This document shows, one piece after another, positions 1 through 9,821 of a stretch of DNA of 34,146 nt. How positions within the stretch are numbered: position 1 is the first letter of the stretch; every line of letters starts with the position of its first letter. The DNA is from a virus (taxonomy: Duplodnaviria; Heunggongvirae; Uroviricota; Caudoviricetes). A program made the translations under genes and the position numbers. The stretch is taken from the IMG/VR virus record IMGVR_UViG_2541047954_000008, one strand, 5' to 3'. Below the pieces are notes generated by a model. The model ran no database searches and had not been told where the DNA came from. It saw only the letters and a program-made list of their open reading frames with translations.

Positions 1-996
1 CTGTGTGGTCAGGTACGCATTACAGGTGATGCGCGGCTCCGTGCCGCCAAAGCCGTCCGGCACTGACTGGTCGCAGTACTGGCCGATGACATACAGCGCC
101 CATTTGTCCACATCCGCCGCACCAAGACGTTTCCCCATGCCGTAGCGCGGGTGGGTCAGCATATCCCACAGACACCAGGCCATGTTGTTGCTGTATGCTG
201 GTTTTAACGTTCCGTCCCAGATACCGCTGTATTGTCGCGTCTGCGGGTTATAGTTCGACGGCACCTGCAGAATGCGCCCGCGAAGATGATAATTACGGCT
301 CACCTGCTGGCTGCCGAACTGCTCCGAATCCACCTGTACGCCGACCAGTGCCGTGTTCGGGTAGCACTGTTTCACATCGATGATCTCGGTGTATGACGAC
401 CAGAGCGTTTTGTTCTGCAGCTGGTCTGTGGTGCTGTCCGGCGTCATCCTGCGCATCCGGATATTGAACGGGCGCGGCGGCAGGTTATCCACCACCACCG
501 AGGCCAGATACTGCGAGGTGGTTTTGCCCTTAATGGTGATGTCTTTTTCCGTCACCCAGCCACCGTTACGCTGTATCTGAACCAGCAGGCGGACTTCCGA
601 CGGATTCCTGTCTCCCTTTGAGGTGGTTTCCACCAGTGCCTGTACACCGAAGGTAAAGCGCAGACGGTCGATGTTTGCCGACGTGATGGTCCGGGTGATC
701 GGCGTTTCATATTTCACTTCCGTACCGAGCACCGTCTCGGAACCGGAGGATTCAAATCCCTCCGGCGGTGACTGCTCCTGCTCACCTGCCCGGAACACCA
801 CCGTGACGCCGGAGATATTGGTATTCCCCTCACTGTCCAGCACCGGCGTACTGTTCAGCAGCACGCTTTTTAATCCATCCACCGGACCTTCAATCGGCCC
901 TTCGCTGATGGCATCAATCGCACTCAACAGCTGCGTGGATTTCAGGTTATCTTTCGCTTCGCGCGGGGTATGCCCCTTACTGCTGCCTTTACCCAT
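1..996 (-). CDS. J: Tail tip host-specificity protein J, N-terminal part (continues past window start)
   Basis: Minus-strand ATG at 996-994 translates MGKGSSKGHTPREAKDNLKSTQ..., recognised from memory as the lambda J N-terminus; GGAG 8 nt upstream; frame open to position 1. Not in ORF track because it is truncated. Confidence 0.8.
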   Translation of the reverse strand, partial: MGKGSSKGHTPREAKDNLKSTQLLSAIDAISEGPIEGPVDGLKSVLLNSTPVLDSEGNTNISGVTVVFRAGEQEQSPPEGFESSGSETVLGTEVKYETPITRTITSANIDRLRFTFGVQALVETTSKGDRNPSEVRLLVQIQRNGGWVTEKDITIKGKTTSQYLASVVVDNLPPRPFNIRMRRMTPDSTTDQLQNKTLWSSYTEIIDVKQCYPNTALVGVQVDSEQFGSQQVSRNYHLRGRILQVPSNYNPQTRQYSGIWDGTLKPAYSNNMAWCLWDMLTHPRYGMGKRLGAADVDKWALYVIGQYCDQSVPDGFGGTEPRITCNAYLTTQ

Positions 997-1056
997 TCGT
1001 CATGCTCCATAAACGACAAAACCGCCCGGAGGCGGTTTCACATAAAACATTTTGCA

Positions 1057-1728
1057 TCAGCGACCAATCACCACAACCTGACCACCGTCCCCTTCGTCTG
1101 CCGTGCTGATCTCCTGAGAAACCACGCGCGACCCCACGCGCATTTCACCGTACAGAACCGGCAGAACATTGCCCTGAGCAACCATGTTATCCAGTGAGGA
1201 GAAATAGGTGTTCTGTTTGCCGTTATCCGTTGTCTGTGTACGGGGAGTTCTGGCTTTCGGTGCCAGCATCTGCGCCACACCACCGAGCACCATACTGGCA
1301 CCGAGAGAAAACAGGATGCCGGTCATACCACCGGCCCCAATGGCTGCCCCCCATGCTGCAAGGGTGGCTCCGGCAGTAAAGAATGATCCGGCAATGGCGG
1401 CAGCTCCCAGGACAATCTGGAATACACCACCTGACTTGGCCCCGGCGACTCTGGGAACAATATGAATCACAGCGCCATCAGGCAGAGTCTCATGTAACTG
1501 CGCCGTTAATCCGGACGTGCTGACATCCCGCCCGGCAATCCGTACCTGATACCAGCCGTCGCTCAGTTTCTGACGAAACGCCGGGAGCTGTGTGGCCAGC
1601 GCCCGGATGGCTTCGGCCCCCGTTTTCACACGAAGGTCGATGCGGCGGCCAAATCGTTGTAAATTCCCGTAAAGGCAGATGCGTGCCATGCCCGGTGACG
1701 CCAGAGGGAGTGTGTGCGTCGCTGCCAT
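1057..1728 (-). CDS. I: Tail tip assembly protein I
   Basis: 223-aa ORF, Gly/Ala-rich hydrophobic C-terminal half, overlaps K by about 100 nt as in lambda; sequence recalled as lambda I-like. Confidence 0.8.
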   Translation of the reverse strand: MAATHTLPLASPGMARICLYGNLQRFGRRIDLRVKTGAEAIRALATQLPAFRQKLSDGWYQVRIAGRDVSTSGLTAQLHETLPDGAVIHIVPRVAGAKSGGVFQIVLGAAAIAGSFFTAGATLAAWGAAIGAGGMTGILFSLGASMVLGGVAQMLAPKARTPRTQTTDNGKQNTYFSSLDNMVAQGNVLPVLYGEMRVGSRVVSQEISTADEGDGGQVVVIGR

Positions 1729-2369
1729 TTGTCGGTATACCTCTCTCGTTTGCTCAGTTGTTCAGGAATATGGTGCAGCAGCTCGCCGTCGCCGCAGTAA
1801 ATGGCGGCATGATTCGGCACCGATGAACCAAAACAGCACAGCAGCACATCGCCCGGCTGCGCCTCTGTCAGTGCGACACGGTAAAAACCAGTCGCCTCCA
1901 TATTTTCAAGATAGAGATTCTGGCCGTTACGCCACCAGTCATCCCCGCGATAAAAATCCGGCATCTCAATTTCCGCCAGATGGTATGCATCCCGGAACAG
2001 CGTGTAACAGTCCGTCACCCCGTGCTCAAAGCGCCGCCCGGTAAGATGTGGCACACAGCGGAACTTGTGAATCGCCCCCCGGCAGACCAGCCACCACGGC
2101 AAATCACTCTGCACCTGCAGCCGCCTGTCAGCCTCACTCAGCCAGGGCAGACCACCGGGGTGGCTGTGGACCAGTGCCACAACCTCCCCCTGCATTTGTG
2201 CACGCAGCCAGTCCTCCGGCGACATCCGGAAATACGCCTCCGGCTCACCGGAGATATTCACGCAGGGAAAATATCTGTCCCCCTCCGGCGTTCTCACCAC
2301 GAAGCCGCACGACTCCACTGGCGCACATCGCCGGGCGTGCGCCAGAATCGCTGATTCTGTCTCTGTCAT
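1626..2369 (-). CDS. K: Tail tip assembly protein K (JAB/MPN-like HSHP motif plus NlpC/P60-like Cys region)
   Basis: ATG at 2369-2367 (MTETESAIL) 4 nt after L stop; motif ALVHSHPGG; track ORF 1626..2444 trimmed to first ATG. Confidence 0.75.
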   Translation of the reverse strand: MTETESAILAHARRCAPVESCGFVVRTPEGDRYFPCVNISGEPEAYFRMSPEDWLRAQMQGEVVALVHSHPGGLPWLSEADRRLQVQSDLPWWLVCRGAIHKFRCVPHLTGRRFEHGVTDCYTLFRDAYHLAEIEMPDFYRGDDWWRNGQNLYLENMEATGFYRVALTEAQPGDVLLCCFGSSVPNHAAIYCGDGELLHHIPEQLSKRERYTDKWQRRTHSLWRHRAWHASAFTGIYNDLAAASTFV

Positions 2370-2373
2370 GGGT

Positions 2374-3072
2374 TTACTGCGAAAGTTTGTTAATGGAAAG
2401 GTAGCCGCCAAAATTGCCGACGTTATTGCGGAACTTGCAACCACTCAGGCATTTGCTGCACTTATCCTTCGTGATATCGGACGTTGGCTGGTCATATTCA
2501 TCCGCGACCGCCGGGCCATCATAACCGCACTCATCGCCGCGGTAGATCCAGGTGCAGGTGTTGGCCAGCATGATGCGCCCCGGAAAAACAGCGCCATCCG
2601 TTTCCGTCGGTGTGGACAGCACAAAAGAGGCACTCACCGCGCTCAGTTCGCTGCACTGTTCGATGCGCCAGCGGCTGATCACCTCCTGCTCCGGATCGGC
2701 GTCACTGTTTCCGTTGACGAAGTTCACCGCATCCAGAAAACGGGCGTAAACCTTACGCCGGACCACCGTTCCGCCGACCAGACTCTGCAGATCTTCCGCC
2801 ATCCCGGTGACCATGCCGTACAGGTTAGAGACTTTAAGCGTTGGCCTTGCACTGGCTCCTTTGCCGTTCATCTCAAATCCGCTTCCCTGAATGGGATAAG
2901 CCTGATACTGCCGCCCCTGCCAGGTGACTGGTTCACCTTTTTCGTTCTGCTCATTACAGAAGAAATAACGATCTCCGCCGACCTCTGTCAGATCAATTTC
3001 CCAGAGCACGACCAGCGCGGATTGCTCCGTTTTAGTGCACTCATTGAGTGTATCCTGCTGTATATCCTGCAT
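2374..3072 (-). CDS. L: Minor tail protein L
   Basis: 232-aa ORF, start overlaps M stop (ATGA), Cys cluster CSKCLSGC near C-terminus; recalled as lambda L-like. Confidence 0.8.
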   Translation of the reverse strand: MQDIQQDTLNECTKTEQSALVVLWEIDLTEVGGDRYFFCNEQNEKGEPVTWQGRQYQAYPIQGSGFEMNGKGASARPTLKVSNLYGMVTGMAEDLQSLVGGTVVRRKVYARFLDAVNFVNGNSDADPEQEVISRWRIEQCSELSAVSASFVLSTPTETDGAVFPGRIMLANTCTWIYRGDECGYDGPAVADEYDQPTSDITKDKCSKCLSGCKFRNNVGNFGGYLSINKLSQ

Positions 3073-3413
3073 CAGTGAGTGACCTCTTCAAAGGTACAGT
3101 TAAAATCGGTATACATGGCATTATCCGAAATGCTCCACTCCCTGCAGACAACCCGGACAGTCCTGTTGTGTTTTGGCGGACGCCACAAAAAAGCACGAAT
3201 CCCGGCATGACGGGATAAAAAACTGTCCAGCGCGGCACGGGAATATTCATCTGTGACACGAAATACCGGTTTAAACGTTTTCAGATCCGCATTCAGACCA
3301 CCAGCCCGTCGCTGTTCATATCCGTCACCAAACTTTACCGTAATAACTGATGGCTTTCGTGTCGTCTCCATCCCCTCACGGGGGATCCAGTTAAAAACTT
3401 CAGGCTCAGGCAC
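3072..3413 (-). CDS. M: Minor tail protein M
   Basis: GTG at 3413-3411 preceded by GGAGGA at 7 nt; FGDGY motif; position between tape measure and L. Track ORF extends to 3458 on weaker starts. Confidence 0.65.
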   Translation of the reverse strand: MPEPEVFNWIPREGMETTRKPSVITVKFGDGYEQRRAGGLNADLKTFKPVFRVTDEYSRAALDSFLSRHAGIRAFLWRPPKHNRTVRVVCREWSISDNAMYTDFNCTFEEVTH

Positions 3414-6400
3414 TGTACAATCCTCCATCCCGACGCGATGACTGCATAATTGACACAACCCTGCTGTCGATCAGATCCACCAGTCCCCTGGCTGAGCGCG
3501 CATCTATCTCGCCATTGCTCCCTTGATTCTGAATGCTGATGTGATACACGGGAGAATAAACAAATCCACCGCCACCATTCACATTTCCAATGGCCCTGAC
3601 CCCAAGAGAGCCGTCCGCTGCCCGTGTCAGTGGCATGATTGCTTCAGGCCCGGCCTCGCCCATCAACCCGGCACCTTTCGCAAAAGCAAAATACGTCGGT
3701 GTATCCACAATAGTGTTACTGTAAGCACTCAGATTTGCCGATGTGTAAACACCACCTTTTGCGTTTGCCACTACCCCCGAAATCCATCCGCCGACCGTAC
3801 CAAGCCACCCTCCGGCACCGGAGAGTGATTTCAGTCCGTTAACAATGGCTGCATTCATCAGAATTTTTGAAACTTCCCGGAGAACTGAACTCCCCCAGTT
3901 CCTCCAGTCCACAACATTCCCGGCCAGTGCATCGGAAATATTTGATACCAGCCCGTCCATCGTGGAAACGACAGCATCTGCCGCCTGTGAAGCATAATCG
4001 GTGGCACTGTCTGCCCAGTTGGTCAGTCCCTCCTGGAGTCCGGCATTCCAGTTATTACGTAAAGCATCGGCCTTTGCATAATAATCCTGCTGATCGCTGA
4101 GACGCTCTTCCAGATATTTTTTATTCAGTTCTTTCTCCTGTTTCCACAGGGCTTCTTCAATTTCTCCGGCCTGATACTGTCTCAGCAGCTCGTTATTTTT
4201 CTGCTCAAACGCCTGCCGGATACTCCACATTTCCTGGAGTCGTTCACGCATCCGTGAGCCTTCACCATATCCCAGCAACTGCGCTTCGTCAGATGCCCGG
4301 GCACTGGCATTACTGTCCGCCAGACTGCTCTCATACGCAGCAAGCTGCTCACGAATCTTTTTCTGGTCGATGAGTGCTGCATTCTGCAAAAGCGTTTTTT
4401 TCTGCGCTTCTGACAGGGTTGATAATTCGCCCTGACTGACCTGATATTTCATCTTAGCCAGTTCAGTATTCTGCCCTGCCAATGCTATTTGTTCTTTTTG
4501 CTGTTTAATCAGCCGTTTATAAATATCTTCTGTTTTTTCCGCTTCGGTCTTTTTATGCGCTTTGGGTTTATTTGCCTGGTTATTTCGCCAGGCATCCAGT
4601 GAGGTATTGATATAATTCTGTCTGGCTGTCTGATACGCCTCTCCCACAAAGCCGAGATCATCCGCAGCATAACCCAGGCGGGCACGCTCACGGGCTTCCC
4701 CCTTCAGGCGGGACAGAGCCAGTTCGCGCTCGCTGTTATTCAGTGCGGTCTGCTGTTTATCATCCAGGGTTGCCTGTGGTAGCCGTAACGGTACATTCAC
4801 CAGCCCCTGTCGCTGCTGAAGTAATTCATTACCGAGCCCGAGAAGGCGATTAAACTCGGTATGCTGCCCATTCATGATCAACAGGGACTGATACGCTTTG
4901 TTTTGTTCCGCGGCCTGTTGACGGATCAACGCCACCCGTCGCTCCTCCAGCCCGGCAAGCACATCCTGAATGGATTGCGCTTTGCCCTGCATTTGTGTGA
5001 GACGGGACTGTTCAACTGCCAGTTGATTTGTTGCTTCTGCAAGCCCTTCTGTGACAGTTTTTACCGACGTCATGTGGTTAATCATAAAACCGTTATCGGT
5101 TGTCCAGCCCGGGTTTGCCAGCACATACTGATAGCCAGCAATTTTTTCCTGTAAGGATTTAATCTTACTTTTCTGCTCGTCAATTAACCTGTTTTGCTCA
5201 TCAAGTGCCTGCCGCGTCTTTTCCTCATTATCTGACGCTTCAGGAAGCGACATTGCCGACGTTTTCTGGCGAATTTCGTCGATTGTTGCGGCATACTGGC
5301 GTGCAGATTCTCTGGCCTGCTCCTGATTCTGATACATCGTGTACCAGGCCGTCGCCCCCAGCATGACTAGTCCCGGCACACCACCAACCAACCCCAGCGC
5401 ACCACTTAACAGACGACTCCCCACTGACGTGACAGTATTCAGCGTTGTCTGTGCCGCTGTTCTGGCCGCAATATTACGGGTAAGTGACGCCTGGGCAGCT
5501 GTCAGCTTCGCTTCTGCTGCGGCCTGCCTTTCGGTACCGCGAGCAGCAACAACCGCCTGTTGCGCACGATAAACCGCCGCACGCGCCCTGGCGGTTGCTA
5601 TCTGTGTCCCCCGAAGTTGCGCTTCAGCAAGAGCCACTTCGTTTCTGGCTGCAGTAATTAATCCGGCAGTTGCAGATCCAGCAGACGACGCCATATTGCC
5701 AAAATATCGGGCTCCCCCGACGGCAACCAGTGCGCCAGCTGCAGCAGCCACGGTATCAATATTGTCTGCAACACCATTCAACACCCCGGTGAGTGTCTTT
5801 GTCACTCCGCTTGCCTCGTTCGCACCACCAACCCAGGCCATAAAGGCGTTTTCAACTTTGGTTGCAGAGGATGAAACAGTATCAGGCATTGCTGCATATT
5901 CATCACGCAACGCCCCAAGCTGACTAATCAGTGCAGGAACAACCTTATCGGCGGTCAGTTTTCCGTTATCCGCCATGGCCTTCAGATCCTTACGGGCAAC
6001 ACCCATTCCCGCAGCCAGCGCACGAATAACACGATCGCCGTTCTCATTCACAGAGTTAAATTCTTCACCGCGCAGCACTCCCTGCGCCAGTGCCTGACTG
6101 AACTGCGTGATCACCGAACTGGCTTCTGCTGTACTGGCACCGGATAATTTCAGGCCCGTGGAGATCGCCTCGGTGACTTTCAGTACCTCCTCAGAACTGT
6201 AGCCATACTCCCGCATGGAAGCTGCAGAGCGGGCAAAAAGGCTGGCGTTATCAGAAAACGCCGTTCCCGTTCTCTGGCTGATTGCCATTAATTCACGTTG
6301 TGATACCTGAAAATCATCACTGGACTGTGAAGCCTGCTTCAGACGGGCATTGACTGAATTCCACTCATCGGCGAGAGAAATAAGATGACCGGTAGCAAAA

Positions 6401-6633
6401 GCTCCGGCAAATGCCCCCGCCATATTCAGTGCCGAAGATTTAGCTGTATTTATCTGATCCGTCACTTCTGCCAGTGCACGCCGCATTTCACGGGATGCAG
6501 CAGCGGACTGCCGGCCTCCGTTCTGCATGGTACGGTAGTAATCCTGCCCCATACGCGAAGCCCGGGAGATCTCTGACTGGAATGACCGGGAATTTGCCGA
6601 GATTTTAATAATCAGTTCACGTAATGTCGCCAC
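3406..6633 (-). CDS. H: Tail tape measure protein
   Basis: 1075-aa ORF, long coiled-coil/Ala-rich segments, GTG start with GGAG 7 nt upstream, position after G-T chaperones. Confidence 0.85.
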   Translation of the reverse strand: MATLRELIIKISANSRSFQSEISRASRMGQDYYRTMQNGGRQSAAASREMRRALAEVTDQINTAKSSALNMAGAFAGAFATGHLISLADEWNSVNARLKQASQSSDDFQVSQRELMAISQRTGTAFSDNASLFARSAASMREYGYSSEEVLKVTEAISTGLKLSGASTAEASSVITQFSQALAQGVLRGEEFNSVNENGDRVIRALAAGMGVARKDLKAMADNGKLTADKVVPALISQLGALRDEYAAMPDTVSSSATKVENAFMAWVGGANEASGVTKTLTGVLNGVADNIDTVAAAAGALVAVGGARYFGNMASSAGSATAGLITAARNEVALAEAQLRGTQIATARARAAVYRAQQAVVAARGTERQAAAEAKLTAAQASLTRNIAARTAAQTTLNTVTSVGSRLLSGALGLVGGVPGLVMLGATAWYTMYQNQEQARESARQYAATIDEIRQKTSAMSLPEASDNEEKTRQALDEQNRLIDEQKSKIKSLQEKIAGYQYVLANPGWTTDNGFMINHMTSVKTVTEGLAEATNQLAVEQSRLTQMQGKAQSIQDVLAGLEERRVALIRQQAAEQNKAYQSLLIMNGQHTEFNRLLGLGNELLQQRQGLVNVPLRLPQATLDDKQQTALNNSERELALSRLKGEARERARLGYAADDLGFVGEAYQTARQNYINTSLDAWRNNQANKPKAHKKTEAEKTEDIYKRLIKQQKEQIALAGQNTELAKMKYQVSQGELSTLSEAQKKTLLQNAALIDQKKIREQLAAYESSLADSNASARASDEAQLLGYGEGSRMRERLQEMWSIRQAFEQKNNELLRQYQAGEIEEALWKQEKELNKKYLEERLSDQQDYYAKADALRNNWNAGLQEGLTNWADSATDYASQAADAVVSTMDGLVSNISDALAGNVVDWRNWGSSVLREVSKILMNAAIVNGLKSLSGAGGWLGTVGGWISGVVANAKGGVYTSANLSAYSNTIVDTPTYFAFAKGAGLMGEAGPEAIMPLTRAADGSLGVRAIGNVNGGGGFVYSPVYHISIQNQGSNGEIDARSARGLVDLIDSRVVSIMQSSRRDGGLYSA

Positions 6634-6654
6634 ACTCGTTCTCCGGACGAAAAA

Positions 6655-6670
6655 AACCGCCGAAGCGGTT
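6655..6670 (-). terminator. Hairpin plus U-tract element between T and H (accgc-cgaa-gcggt followed by T7 on the coding strand)
   Basis: Read directly: forward aaaaaaaccgccgaagcggtt; lies in the 45-bp gap between T stop and H start. Confidence 0.35.
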
Positions 6671-6678
6671 ATGTTGAC

Positions 6679-7352
6679 TCACTGAGACACTATTAAAAGC
6701 GCGTTTTCCAGTCCGGCAAATGGATCTGAGACGCCTTCTGTCTGCTCTTGTTCCCACTGAAGAAGCGCATCATTCAGTGGGACTTTGACACCCTGCGCAC
6801 CGTAAACCGCAGAAACTATCTGGGCAGCCCGGATATCAGCCCGCTCGTCACCCAGCGGGCTGAACCTGTCAAATTCTGCCCACATCATGATTTCTGATGC
6901 GGACATTTCCCGGCGTAACTCTGACAATGTGCGCCCCATCCTGAGCGCCAGCATCATCAGAAAACGCATCCCCGGAAGCTCTACTTTTTTTTAACCTCGC
7001 CGGCATCACTGATCAGTTCCAGAGACTGCCGAAGAAGCCGCGCATGCACCGGGCCATACACGGCAATCACCTGTTCACGATCATCCTCTGAAAATACAGG
7101 TTGCAGTCCGGTATCACACAGAACATCAATGAACAGTTCAACATCTGCCTCCAGATTTCGGCGGGCGCGCTCCGCAACGGATAACGGTGTCTCATCATCT
7201 TTTGCTTTAACGATCTCCTGCCAGCGCAACCAGGCTTCTGCAGAAGGTTCCCGTAATACAACCGTTGCCCCTTCCCATTCAGGCACATCAACAGTTTTAT
7301 GGCGAAACCCCGACATCGTTGCCAGTGCCAGATTGCGGATATTTTTAGTCAT
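6679..7352 (-). CDS. T: Tail assembly chaperone G-T fusion made by programmed -1 frameshift at 6984-6990
   Basis: Heptamer A_AAA_AAG in phase at the last G codons; -1 shift enters the 6679..6969 ORF frame (..KKVELPGMRFLMML..); frame arithmetic checked. Confidence 0.6.
6981..7352 (-). CDS. G: Tail assembly chaperone G
   Basis: ORF 6981..7367; preferred ATG at 7352-7350 has AGGA 8 nt upstream; ends ...EVKKK-TAG on the slippery run. Confidence 0.7.
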   Translation of the reverse strand: MTKNIRNLALATMSGFRHKTVDVPEWEGATVVLREPSAEAWLRWQEIVKAKDDETPLSVAERARRNLEADVELFIDVLCDTGLQPVFSEDDREQVIAVYGPVHARLLRQSLELISDAGEVKKK

Positions 7353-7366
7353 CACATCTATCCTCA

Positions 7367-8071
7367 TTAACTGACGGTAACAGTGCAGGAAGTGGAGGTC
7401 ACCTTGTTAACAGGGCTTGCTGAATCAGAAATCTCGCAGGTATACGCACCGGCATCACCTGATGCTGCTGATGCCTTACTGAATGTTGCCGCCGTCTGTC
7501 CGGAAACAGGAGAACTACCTTTCTTCCAGACATAAGAATAAGGCGGCACACCACCGGCAGCCTCAACCACCATTTCGAGTTTCGCTCCGGCAGAAACCTG
7601 CAGCGTGCTGTTTAAATCGACCTTCACTTTCAGCGGCTCTGTCGTCAGCACAGGTTTACCTTTCAGGCGCAGGGAAAACGTTGCAGCCACAACACCATTA
7701 GTTCCTGCAGACCAGGTATGCTGACGCACCTCTGCCATAAAGGTAAATCCGTTGCCTGACGGAAAAATAACTTTAAAGCCATACGTGGTGTCATTGTCAT
7801 AGGCACTGCGCAACGCGTTCTGGGCAGCATTGAGGTAAAAGTTGCCTGACATGGAAATCTCTGACGCGGCACCAAGGCCGTTAATATTTTCCTGCTCAAC
7901 AGAACACAGCGTGGTGACATCAATATCCTGCTTTTGTCCTGCGGTAAACTGCACCTCTTTGATTGTACAGCTCAGGCCAAGATAGCTGGCAGAATCCAGG
8001 GTTTCTGCTGTTACCGGTGCAGACGAAATCATAATTTTCGTCAGTTGCGAACGCTCAAAATTAGAGGACAT
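7367..8071 (-). CDS. V: Major tail protein with C-terminal Ig-like domain
   Basis: ATG 8071-8069 with AGGAGA upstream; C-terminal Thr/Ser/Val-rich segment typical of Ig-like tail decoration domains; position before G. Confidence 0.65.
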   Translation of the reverse strand: MSSNFERSQLTKIMISSAPVTAETLDSASYLGLSCTIKEVQFTAGQKQDIDVTTLCSVEQENINGLGAASEISMSGNFYLNAAQNALRSAYDNDTTYGFKVIFPSGNGFTFMAEVRQHTWSAGTNGVVAATFSLRLKGKPVLTTEPLKVKVDLNSTLQVSAGAKLEMVVEAAGGVPPYSYVWKKGSSPVSGQTAATFSKASAASGDAGAYTCEISDSASPVNKVTSTSCTVTVS

Positions 8072-8093
8072 ACTCGTCTCCTGAAAATAAAAA

Positions 8094-8110
8094 ACCCGCC
8101 AGCGGCGGGT
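8094..8110 (-). terminator. Hairpin plus U-tract element between U-like gene and major tail gene
   Basis: Forward aaaaacccgccagcggcgggt; on the coding strand the stem is followed by TTTTTTATTTT. Confidence 0.35.
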
Positions 8111-8130
8111 GGGTAAAATCATTAACGACC

Positions 8131-8475
8131 TCAGGCTATTACCTGAAATTCAAGCGTGGCTCTGCTCAGACGGGAATCAGGATCATAACCCTGAGTTTTA
8201 GAAATAACGGAGGGTGCAAGTTGCCTTACCGCATCAAGCGCCTGCTCACGGATATCATCTGCGTCATCAGGTACTGTTGCCCAGACATCGATCTGCACGG
8301 TAATTCTGGATTCAGCCTGACCATCAAGCACATCAGACGCAGTGTCAGACACCACAGAAAATACCAGCCATGGCGGAGATACCGCAGGCTTTCCCTCCGT
8401 CAGCGGGACCACATAAGGATAAACCTGTCCTCCGGCCAGTTGAGACAGCAGGGAATACAGTGTGGTCTCTCTCAT
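8131..8475 (-). CDS. Tail terminator / tail completion protein (U position)
   Basis: 114-aa ORF between neck genes and major tail gene; assignment by synteny only. Confidence 0.5.
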   Translation of the reverse strand: MRETTLYSLLSQLAGGQVYPYVVPLTEGKPAVSPPWLVFSVVSDTASDVLDGQAESRITVQIDVWATVPDDADDIREQALDAVRQLAPSVISKTQGYDPDSRLSRATLEFQVIA

Positions 8476-8918
8476 TTACTTAAGACCTCATCAATAGCCT
8501 GATTCATTCGCTGTATGGCAATCTGTGCTGCCAGTTCCTCTGTCGTATCGAAAGCCGGGCGAATGAACGGATGCGCGGGCATGTTTATCGTTCCCAGCTC
8601 CACAAAGCGCCAGTAAAACGCATTTCGGGGATCACTGGCTTTCATGCTGTTATCACTGTTTCCGGTTCGCAGATTCCGTCCACGAATGTGGACACCCGAG
8701 ATAATTTCCCCGCGACGCTTTGAACGCTGAGTGAGAACAACCACATTTTTCTTCAGTTTCCCGGTTCGCTCCGGCGCACGTTCAACAACTGCATCCCGCA
8801 TAACTTCAGCACCGGCACGGGTGGCATCGCGCAGTACCTTATTATTTTCTGCCCTGCTGAGCGTCTCCAGATCCCGTGCAATATCCGCCAGACCTGAAAA
8901 ATCAAGACTGAAATCCAT
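8472..8918 (-). CDS. HK97 gp10-like neck / tail-completion protein
   Basis: ATG 8918-8916 overlapping upstream stop; synteny after head-tail joining genes. Confidence 0.5.
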   Translation of the reverse strand: MDFSLDFSGLADIARDLETLSRAENNKVLRDATRAGAEVMRDAVVERAPERTGKLKKNVVVLTQRSKRRGEIISGVHIRGRNLRTGNSDNSMKASDPRNAFYWRFVELGTINMPAHPFIRPAFDTTEELAAQIAIQRMNQAIDEVLSK

Positions 8919-9256
8919 CACACATTCCCCTTCTGAGAACAGAGTATCTCAAGCCGTGTGGCACGAGCATCCGGTATCGGCGGACCGTCTATACTCAGAA
9001 TCGCGCCTTTGAATGCACCAGTCAGCACTTTCAGACATGAAGTTGCTGTTACATCTCGCCGGAATCTCATCCAGACCCTCACTGTAGCCTGAGCAGTTTC
9101 TGCGCCTCCGGATATTCTCTCCCTGCCACTGATCCCCTTAACTTCTGCCCATATGGTTGCCCCCTCCGTCATTGTTTCCACAGGGTGCCCTGACGGAGAC
9201 CGAACGGTGGTGGCATTCAGAATAACCACACGATCACGTAATCTTCCTGCCTGCAT
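8918..9256 (-). CDS. Head closure / head-tail joining protein
   Basis: 112-aa ORF, synteny downstream of connector. Confidence 0.5.
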   Translation of the reverse strand: MQAGRLRDRVVILNATTVRSPSGHPVETMTEGATIWAEVKGISGRERISGGAETAQATVRVWMRFRRDVTATSCLKVLTGAFKGAILSIDGPPIPDARATRLEILCSQKGNV

Positions 9257-9264
9257 GAATCCTC

Positions 9265-9570
9265 CTATGTTCCGGGATGAAATCGATACATCCGCAGTCC
9301 GGTATAGAAAAAATCAGGCACTGCATCCTGCATTTCCCTGTTCTCGTACCAGTAGCCAACCAGTTGCATAAGACGCAGTTTTATCAGAGGTGTTATTACA
9401 AGCCCGGTCGTATCCTGCTCAGAAACAGTTTCATCGTAAAGCGTCCGGTTTAAAAACTTTTCAGCCTCTTCCCTGGCAGCAGCCAGATACATCATAAGAA
9501 GAGAATTCTCCTGTTCATTGTCATCATCAATCCGGCACTGAACACGAAGCTCTTCCAGAGTGGGCATCAT
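9265..9570 (-). CDS. Head-tail connector (gp6-like) protein
   Basis: 101-aa ORF, acidic N-terminus, synteny after major capsid gene. Confidence 0.5.
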   Translation of the reverse strand: MMPTLEELRVQCRIDDDNEQENSLLMMYLAAAREEAEKFLNRTLYDETVSEQDTTGLVITPLIKLRLMQLVGYWYENREMQDAVPDFFYTGLRMYRFHPGT

Positions 9571-9581
9571 TTGGGCAACCT

Positions 9582-9770
9582 CTATGAATGCTGTTTTTTA
9601 GACTTATCAGCCCCCCGCGCAACAGGTGTTCTCTTATCAGAGACAATCCCAGCTGCAGTGGCAATTTCGCGTACCCGTTCGGGTAATTCTTTATCTTCAT
9701 ACTCACCGGCCCGAATAATCTCAACACGCATACCGTCCGGTGACCATTTCAGATCTTGTTTCAGGATCAT
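9582..9770 (-). CDS. Small hypothetical head-region protein
   Basis: 62-aa ORF with AGGTGA 8 nt upstream of ATG, immediately after the post-capsid hairpin. Confidence 0.4.
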   Translation of the reverse strand: MILKQDLKWSPDGMRVEIIRAGEYEDKELPERVREIATAAGIVSDKRTPVARGADKSKKQHS

Positions 9771-9790
9771 GATTCTTTCACCTGTCAGAA

Positions 9791-9816
9791 CAGGGGGCGC
9801 ACTTCTGCGCCCCCTG
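9791..9816 (-). terminator. Perfect 11-bp stem, 4-nt loop hairpin just downstream of major capsid gene (no U tract)
   Basis: cagggggcgca-cttc-tgcgccccctg read directly; begins 6 nt after the capsid stop codon. Confidence 0.4.
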
Positions 9817-9821
9817 AATGA

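Noticed and set aside
195-1012. Plus-strand track ORFs 195..383, 380..580 and 623..1012
   Set aside because: They lie antisense to tail gene J, whose minus-strand translation matches the lambda J N-terminus; the plus-strand products are low-complexity with no start signals.
1626-1728. About 100-nt overlap between K and I as a possible annotation error or frameshift
   Set aside because: As I recall, lambda K and I overlap by a similar length, so this is the conserved arrangement.
2368-3078. Plus-strand 236-aa ORF
   Set aside because: Exactly antisense to minor tail gene L; a GC-rich frame artefact.
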